Origin: Nitrobacter sp. 62-13
GTDB lineage: Bacteria > Pseudomonadota > Alphaproteobacteria > Rhizobiales > Xanthobacteraceae
Reading direction: 5' to 3'
DNA length: 55,916 nucleotides
Assembly: GCF_001896955.1 (NCBI RefSeq)
Contig: NZ_MKRN01000176.1
Span: 8,017-63,932 of the forward strand
Numbering within the stretch: position 1 is the stretch's first letter; each line of letters begins with the position of its first letter. Positions 49,719 through 55,916 of this stretch are shown piece by piece. Under the pieces are notes generated by a model. It did not search any database and was not told the DNA's origin. It saw only the letters and a list, made by a program, of their open reading frames with translations. The position numbers were made by a program, and so were the translations under genes.

Positions 49719-50480
49719 CTACGGGGGCGCTTGCATCTTGTGCTCGTGCAGCTGATCCGCCGCCACTCGTTTGTCGTCTTCGGGAGAATTCAGGTACAAT
49801 CCGGACATAGGATCGACCCAGCAAAGGTGGTCGTGAACTTCCCTCACGCCGGCGATATTTTCCGCCGCGACAATGGCAGCCTGCCGCGCCCGTTCGTCGG
49901 TAACGACACCGCTGAGATGAACGATGCCGTCGCGCGCAATGACGCTCAGTCCAAAAGGACGCCAGGCGCTCCTCTCGATCGAGGTCATGAGGCGGTCGCG
50001 AATATGATCGTCATCTGCGGTCGGGTCAGGGATCTCGCGTGCAAGTCCTGCGACCGCCTGAAGCAGGTTGGAGCGGGTCACGATTCCGACGATCCGGTCG
50101 CCCCGCATCACCGGCAACCGCTTGATGTCGTGCTTTTCCATCGTTGCGACAACGTCTTCCAGCAACGCGTCTTCCGACACGGTGAATGGATCCGTCGTCA
50201 TGATTTCACCGACCTTGCGGCCCCGCTCGTGAACGAAGTCGGAGGCTTCCCTGCCGGTTCCAAGCAGGAATTTCAGCCATCGCGCCCTCCTGCGTTGCGT
50301 ACCGATTTCGGCGCGGCGAATGAAATCGCCTTCCGAAATGATGCCGACCAGCTTCCCGGCTGCGTCAATCACCGGAAGGCCGCTGATGTGTTGTGTGAGC
50401 ATCGTGTTCGCGGCATCGACGATGGTCGTATCAGGGCTGACCGTGACGACCCGCCTGGTCATGATCTGGTGAGCGCGCAT
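49719..50480 (-). CDS. CBS-pair plus BON domain protein
   Basis: Two CBS repeats; C-terminal BON (DGIVHLSGVV..AENIAGVREVHDHL). Confidence 0.9.
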   Translation of the reverse strand: MRAHQIMTRRVVTVSPDTTIVDAANTMLTQHISGLPVIDAAGKLVGIISEGDFIRRAEIGTQRRRARWLKFLLGTGREASDFVHERGRKVGEIMTTDPFTVSEDALLEDVVATMEKHDIKRLPVMRGDRIVGIVTRSNLLQAVAGLAREIPDPTADDDHIRDRLMTSIERSAWRPFGLSVIARDGIVHLSGVVTDERARQAAIVAAENIAGVREVHDHLCWVDPMSGLYLNSPEDDKRVAADQLHEHKMQAPP

Positions 50481-50541
50481 GTCGAAGCTCCGAGCGTTCG
50501 AATGAACGCTTCAATGCTACCGCCAGCCCGTCGAAGATGGC

Positions 50542-50659
50542 TTGACCTGGGTCAAGCGCGATCGTCGACAGGAATATGAGCTCCTCCAATCTGACTGCGG
50601 CGTCTTTAATCGCTCGCAGCGGCAGGTCGTATCATTTGCAGGTTCTTGATCTGGATCAT
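50542..50659. promoter_or_regulatory. Two FixK/FNR boxes for divergent genes
   Basis: TTGACCTGGGTCAA at 50542 and TTGATCTGGATCAT at 50646. Confidence 0.75.
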
Positions 50660-50732
50660 TTTCGCCTCACTGTCTTGGATACATGCATGCAATATGATTG
50701 CGATGGTCAATTTAGCCGTGTCGGAGAGAAGA

Positions 50733-51569
50733 ATGACTTACGCGACGATCATGGTTTGCCTCGCTTCCGATCAGCCGAACGAGCACTGTCTTGCCATTGC
50801 CAGCAAAATGGTCGAACGATTTGATGCGCGGATTATCGGAATCGCGGCTGCGGAATTCAGCCCGCCGCTCTATTTCACTGCGGGCGAGCAAGCCGACGAG
50901 ATGATCGAGCAAGGTCGGAATGCCATCAGAACGCGATTATCGGAGCTTGAATCCGAGTTTCGAAAGGTCATGAACCGAGGTGCAAGACACGTCGAATGGC
51001 GCTCCAACATGGAGACGCCTATTCGATTTGTTGCGCGCGAAGCGCGAGCCGCTGATATCATCGTGATCGGGCAAAGCCGGGACGGCGCGTTTACAGACCC
51101 GTTTGCAAGAGCCAATCCGAGCGATCTGGTCATGCAGGCGGGCAGGCCGCTGCTCGTTGTTCCGGAGACGGTTGACTGGCTTGATTTGCGAAGCGTGCTG
51201 GTCGCCTGGAAGGATACCCAGGAAGCGCGGCGGGCAATCGCCGATTCGCTTCCGCTACTTCGCAAGGCCAAAGACATCACGATCGTCGAGATTGTCGAAG
51301 ATGATGGCGGCCGCGAGGCCGCATCGAATCGCGTTCACGATGTCGTTGCGTGGCTTTCGCATCATGACGTTGTGGCAAACGCGCTTGTTCCGGAGCAGAG
51401 TTCGAAACGGGATGCTGCGGCTGCACTGGATAGAATTGCGGCAAACGTTGGCGCGGGTGTTATTGTCGCCGGAGCTTATGGCCATTCGCGATTACGCGAA
51501 TGGGTACTCGGCGGTGTGACGCGTCACCTCGTGACTGAGTCAACGCGTTGCGTGTTGCTGTCACGCTGA
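50733..51569 (+). CDS. Universal stress protein (tandem USP)
   Basis: MTYATIMV, AGRPLLVVP, GAYGHSRLREWVLGGVTR. Confidence 0.92.
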   Translation: MTYATIMVCLASDQPNEHCLAIASKMVERFDARIIGIAAAEFSPPLYFTAGEQADEMIEQGRNAIRTRLSELESEFRKVMNRGARHVEWRSNMETPIRFVAREARAADIIVIGQSRDGAFTDPFARANPSDLVMQAGRPLLVVPETVDWLDLRSVLVAWKDTQEARRAIADSLPLLRKAKDITIVEIVEDDGGREAASNRVHDVVAWLSHHDVVANALVPEQSSKRDAAAALDRIAANVGAGVIVAGAYGHSRLREWVLGGVTRHLVTESTRCVLLSR

Positions 51570-51772
51570 TCCACGTCAGATTTCATAGCTGGATTCCGGC
51601 TGGGCGGTCGGCTTGTCAGACCGGGATCGTGGCGCTCCCGAGTCCGGAGCGGCGTGGCGGAAGCCGAGCGCGCGATAGCGCGCATTGAATGGCTCCCGAC
51701 AAGGCCCGCGGCGCAATACGTTAGCATGGAACGTAATGCGGCTATTCCTCGCAGTGCAACGGCCATGCCTGT

Positions 51773-51786
51773 TTGACCTCGATCAA
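51773..51786. promoter_or_regulatory. FixK/FNR box
   Basis: TTGACCTCGATCAA upstream of the Hsp20 gene. Confidence 0.85.
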
Positions 51787-51849
51787 AATATCCGGGCCGA
51801 CGTGTGGTGAGATGAGGCCACTCAGGACTCATTGTTGGAGGATCAAGTC

Positions 51850-52320
51850 ATGATGAAGTCGCTCATTCCGATAGGACGGGATAGTTTCCTGGCGCGTACC
51901 GACGCAAATCCGTTGGCGATGCTACAGCAAGAGATGGACCGGCTATTCGATGGGTTCAGCAAAAGCTTCACCGGTCTGTCGTCGCGGGCGCTGATGCCCA
52001 GCATGGATCTTGCCGAGACCGAGAAGGAGATTGAATTAACCGCTGAACTTCCCGGCATGGAGGAAAAGGACGTTCAGTTGAACGTCGTGGACAATCAATT
52101 GACGATTCGCGGCGAAAAGAAAAACCAGCGGGAGGAAAAAGAAAAGGACTACCATCTCGTCGAACGGAACTACGGTTCCTTCGTGCGGACGGTCGACCTG
52201 CCGCCCGGCGTGGATCTGGACAGCATCAAGGCCGTGATGTCGAAAGGTGTCCTGAAGGTTACGGTGCCGAAGCCGGCGCCCGCGCAAGCCAAAAAAATCG
52301 AGGTTAAAGGGGCGGCCTGA
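51850..52320 (+). CDS. Hsp20/alpha-crystallin small heat-shock protein
   Basis: AELPG, ERNYGSFVRTVDLP, GVLKVTVPK. Confidence 0.95.
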   Translation: MMKSLIPIGRDSFLARTDANPLAMLQQEMDRLFDGFSKSFTGLSSRALMPSMDLAETEKEIELTAELPGMEEKDVQLNVVDNQLTIRGEKKNQREEKEKDYHLVERNYGSFVRTVDLPPGVDLDSIKAVMSKGVLKVTVPKPAPAQAKKIEVKGAA

Positions 52321-52386
52321 TTTGAGAATCGGGGCGCGCGGGGCCTGCCGCGCGTCCAAGCCGTAACTTGCCTCGGATGCAGAGGA

Positions 52387-52839
52387 TTGGGTGATATCTT
52401 GTATCAATTTCTCGAACAGATCGTCGACCGCTACATGACACGCAAGGTCAAGACGGTATCGTACGAGGTCAAGATGGACCAACTCAACGATCTGTTCGCC
52501 CGCGATGATTTCAATGCCTATCCTGTCGTCGACCAGCAGGATGTCGTCGGCCTGGTGACAAAGTTCGATTTCCTCAAATGTTTTGCCCTTACGCTGAACT
52601 CGATGGTTCCGCGCTATGACGAACTCATGAAACGAACCGCTGCTGATGTGATGATCCACGAATTTATCTATGTGGGCGCAACCACGAAGTTGGTGCGTGT
52701 GTTGCAGTTGATGGTCGAGCACCGGCTTCGCAGCATCCCCGTTATGGATGCCGGCCAGCGATTGGTCGGCATCATCTCGCGTGAGGACATCATGCGAGCT
52801 TTGCGCGACTGCACCCGTGACGAGAAGCGTATTCTCTAA
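52387..52839 (+). CDS. CBS-pair protein
   Basis: Two CBS motifs (AYPVVD..VGLVT; SIPVMD..LVGIISRED). Confidence 0.9.
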   Translation: MGDILYQFLEQIVDRYMTRKVKTVSYEVKMDQLNDLFARDDFNAYPVVDQQDVVGLVTKFDFLKCFALTLNSMVPRYDELMKRTAADVMIHEFIYVGATTKLVRVLQLMVEHRLRSIPVMDAGQRLVGIISREDIMRALRDCTRDEKRIL

Positions 52840-52898
52840 AATCCCGCCGATTGTTCGTTGCGCTGAATGGCAGCGAAAGCGTTTTCTGATAGGGGGTC

Positions 52899-55592
52899 AT
52901 GTCAGTCTATCGATTGAATAGTCTGCTTGCTCCGAACTCGTTGGCGTTGGTCGGGGCGAGCCCGCGGAGCGGATCGGTCGGGCGGGCGATTATAAGAAAC
53001 CTGCGCGCAGCCCGGTTTCTAGGTCCGTTCGGCGTCGTCAATTCGCATTATCGGGAGGTCGACGGCATATCGACGGTCAAATGTTTAGCTGAGCTGCCGT
53101 TTGTTCCGGAACTCGTCATTATCACCACGCCGGCGCCGACGATTCCCGAGATCGTTGCCGAATCAGGACGGCTCGGCTGCGCCGGAGCCATCATTGTCAG
53201 CGCCGGCCTCGGCCATGGAGCGGGCTCGTTGGCGGAAGCCGCCGATCGGGCGGCACGTGCCTATCATATGAGGTTGATCGGTCCTAATTGCCTCGGCGTC
53301 TTGATGCCGACGACAAATTTGAACGCGAGTTTCGCGGCTCATATGCCGCGCGCGGGAAATCTGGCTCTGATCTCCCAATCCGGTGCGATAGCGACCGGGA
53401 TGGTGGACTGGGCGGCGCATCGCAACGTCGGATTTTCCGGAATCGTATCCGTCGGCGATCAGCTTGATGTCGATATCGCCGATCTCTTGGACTTCTTTGC
53501 GCTCGATGCCGATACCAAGGCGATCCTGATGTACATCGAGGCGATCAAGGACGCCCGGAAATTTATGTCCGCTGCGCGGGCGGCGGCGCGAGTCAAGCCG
53601 GTCGTCGTCGTCAAATCCGGACGGATGACGCAAGGAGCGAGGGCGGCAGCGACCCATACCGGCGCGCTCGCCGGTTCGGATGCCGTCTATGACGCAGCGT
53701 TTCGTCGCGCGGGCATCTTGCGGGTGTTTGATCTCCGGGAATTGTTCGATTGTGCGGAGACGCTGAGCCGGGTCAAGTTTGCGTTTGGAAAGCGGCTGGC
53801 CATGCTCACAAATGGGGGCGGCATCGGCGTTCTTGCGGTGGATCGGCTTGTCGAGTTGGGTGGGGTTCCAGCGGCGCTCAATCCTGTCGTCAAACAACGA
53901 CTCGACGCCGTTCTGCCGGCGACATGGTCGGGCTCCAATCCGGTCGACATCATCGGTGATGCCGATCCGGCGCGTTATGCCGCGGCGCTCGAGATTCTGC
54001 TGGAGGATGACAATAGCGATGCCGTCCTTGTGATGAATGTGCAAACGGCGATTGCCGATTCAGGCGCCATTGCCGCGGCGGTTACCCGCGTCATCGAGGC
54101 AGACCGGCGCGAGCGCGCTGCTTCCGCCAAACCCGTCTTGGCGGTTTGGGTCGGCGCCGACGAGAAGATCTCGGGAGCGTTTACCGATGCCGGCATTCCC
54201 ACCTATCCAACAGAAGACGACGCCGTGCGCGGATTCATGCATCTCGTTCATCACCGCGAGGCGGTTGAGTCGCTTGCCGCGGTGCCGCCGAGCCTGACAC
54301 ATGAATTCGAGCCGGATACTGCGGCGGCGCGACGGATTGTCGAGGCGGCGGTGGTGCAAGGCAGGTCATGGCTCGATCCGGTCGAAGTTGTGGGCGTCCT
54401 GGATGCTTACGGGATTGCCAGCGTGGCGACGCGGGCGGCTGCCAATGCCGAAGAGGCCGCCGCTCATGCGGCATCCTTGTTTGGGCAAGGCGCAACCGTC
54501 GTTCTTAAGGTGCTTTCGCGGGACATTTTGCATAAATCCGATGTCGGCGGCGTGGTGCTCAACCTTACCAGCGTTGATTTGGTTCGCGGCGCGGCGCTCA
54601 ACATTCTGGCGAATGCCGGAGCCAAGCGGCCCGATGCCAAGATTGATGGCTTCATAGTGCAACCGATGGTCTTGCGGCCGAAGGCTCGTGAACTCATCCT
54701 GGGAATCGCCAGCGATCCGACCTTCGGCTCCGTCATCGTTTTTGGTCATGGCGGCACGGCCGTGGAGGTTATCAATGACAAGGCGCTGGCCCTGCCGCCG
54801 CTCGACCTCAATCTCGCCCGTGATCTCGTCGAGCGCACTCGCGTTTCCAGGCTATTGCGGGCCTATCGCAATGTGCCTCCCGTCAAGCAGGACGAAGTAC
54901 CTCTGACGTTGATGAAGCTGGCACAGCTCGCGGCCGATATTCCCGAGATCAGTGAACTGGACCTCAATCCGCTGCTTGCCGATGAAACCGGCGTTCTTAC
55001 GATCGACGCCCGTATTGCGGTGGGACCTCCGGTGCGAAAATTCGCCGGTCTGGGCAATGCCAACTTTGCTGTTCGGCCCTATCCGTCGCAATGGCTGCGG
55101 CATCTTGAGCTGAAGGATAGGTGGCGGATCATGGTTCGCCCGATCCGGCCAGAGGACGAGTCGTTGATCTCTGAATTTCTGCGCCGTGTCACCAGGCAGG
55201 ACCTGAGGCTCCGGTTCTTTGCTGCCATGAAGCCGTTGGATCATGATTTCATCGCGCGGTTGACGCAACTCGATTACGCGCGGGCAATGGCTTTCGTGGC
55301 TTTCGACGAGGCTACCGACGAGATAGTTGGCGTCGTTCGAATCCATTCGGATTCAATTTATGAGACCGGCGAGTATGCGATACTGGTTCGCTCGGACTTG
55401 AAGGGCAGGGGGCTGGGCTGGAGACTGATGCAATTGATCATCGAGTACGCCCGGTCGGAGGGATTGAAGTTCATCGCCGGCGATGTGCTGGCGGAGAACA
55501 CTGTGATGCTGGCGATGTGCCGGGATCTCGGCTTCGAAATCACGGACGATCCCATCGAGCGCGACGTCTGCCATGTCAGGCTTGCGCTATAG
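52899..55592 (+). CDS. NDP-forming acyl-CoA synthetase-like/GNAT fusion (Pat/PatZ-type protein lysine acetyltransferase)
   Basis: CoA-binding domain, IGPNCLG, SQSGA, THTGALAG, ATP-grasp HKSDVGGV, C-terminal GNAT (LKGRGLG). Confidence 0.92.
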   Translation: MSVYRLNSLLAPNSLALVGASPRSGSVGRAIIRNLRAARFLGPFGVVNSHYREVDGISTVKCLAELPFVPELVIITTPAPTIPEIVAESGRLGCAGAIIVSAGLGHGAGSLAEAADRAARAYHMRLIGPNCLGVLMPTTNLNASFAAHMPRAGNLALISQSGAIATGMVDWAAHRNVGFSGIVSVGDQLDVDIADLLDFFALDADTKAILMYIEAIKDARKFMSAARAAARVKPVVVVKSGRMTQGARAAATHTGALAGSDAVYDAAFRRAGILRVFDLRELFDCAETLSRVKFAFGKRLAMLTNGGGIGVLAVDRLVELGGVPAALNPVVKQRLDAVLPATWSGSNPVDIIGDADPARYAAALEILLEDDNSDAVLVMNVQTAIADSGAIAAAVTRVIEADRRERAASAKPVLAVWVGADEKISGAFTDAGIPTYPTEDDAVRGFMHLVHHREAVESLAAVPPSLTHEFEPDTAAARRIVEAAVVQGRSWLDPVEVVGVLDAYGIASVATRAAANAEEAAAHAASLFGQGATVVLKVLSRDILHKSDVGGVVLNLTSVDLVRGAALNILANAGAKRPDAKIDGFIVQPMVLRPKARELILGIASDPTFGSVIVFGHGGTAVEVINDKALALPPLDLNLARDLVERTRVSRLLRAYRNVPPVKQDEVPLTLMKLAQLAADIPEISELDLNPLLADETGVLTIDARIAVGPPVRKFAGLGNANFAVRPYPSQWLRHLELKDRWRIMVRPIRPEDESLISEFLRRVTRQDLRLRFFAAMKPLDHDFIARLTQLDYARAMAFVAFDEATDEIVGVVRIHSDSIYETGEYAILVRSDLKGRGLGWRLMQLIIEYARSEGLKFIAGDVLAENTVMLAMCRDLGFEITDDPIERDVCHVRLAL

Positions 55593-55617
55593 CCGAGGTG
55601 TTCAATCGTTCGACATG

Positions 55618-55916
55618 TCACAGATGGGCGACCGATATGACGCGATAAGTGTGCATGGCGCCGCCTTCGCTGATTGAAACGTATTCACCAGGCACGAAAC
55701 GCTCGTCCGCGAAGTGATAGCCGGATTCGTCAGGCAGGTTGGTCGCATCGTCATAGTGGAAAGCCCAGCTTCCGCCGGGGCGGCGAACGAGATGGCCGAC
55801 ATCGTCGTTCCCGTCCGGCCGTAAACGCGTCACGCGACATGCTTCGCGATGATCTTTCCATGACTCATGGTCGATGCGGCCATCAAGGGCGAGCGGGGCG
55901 ATAACGATGTAGCCGA
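55618..55916 (-). CDS. Hypothetical protein, 3' part (runs off the window)
   Basis: GHLVRRPGGSWAFHYD..GYHFADERFVPGEYVSI. Confidence 0.7.
   Translation of the reverse strand, partial: GYIVIAPLALDGRIDHESWKDHREACRVTRLRPDGNDDVGHLVRRPGGSWAFHYDDATNLPDESGYHFADERFVPGEYVSISEGGAMHTYRVISVAHL

Overview
GC-rich alphaproteobacterial accessory DNA; gene content and protein styles point to Bradyrhizobium or a close Nitrobacteraceae relative (inference). Three blocks are visible. (1) 1-16 kb is a mosaic: small secreted/stress proteins preceded by GGAAC-N17-(C)GTT (sigma-EcfG-type) promoters, a decayed DnaJ/CbpA gene, a three-gene beta-glucan operon (HlyD-like + putative (alpha/alpha)6 enzyme + cellulose-synthase-like GT2), a PD-(D/E)xK gene with compensating frameshifts, and two 159-bp hairpin-forming direct repeats. 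(2) 16.5-21 kb is a capsid-less ParB-methyltransferase/DUF5681/terminase module, ending at a tRNA-like att motif and an IS1111-type remnant. (3) 21-56 kb is a low-oxygen island with its own fixL-fixJ-receiver and a FixK-like regulator, about 13 FixK/FNR boxes, and genes for pyruvate formate-lyase, Pta-AckA, DUF3141, FabI, PPK2, SulP, AI-2E and YidE-type transporters, DUF3300-S74/DUF2950, USP, Hsp20, CBS proteins and a Pat-type acetyltransferase. No rRNA, intact tRNA or CRISPR array was seen. All family calls come from motif recognition, not database searches.
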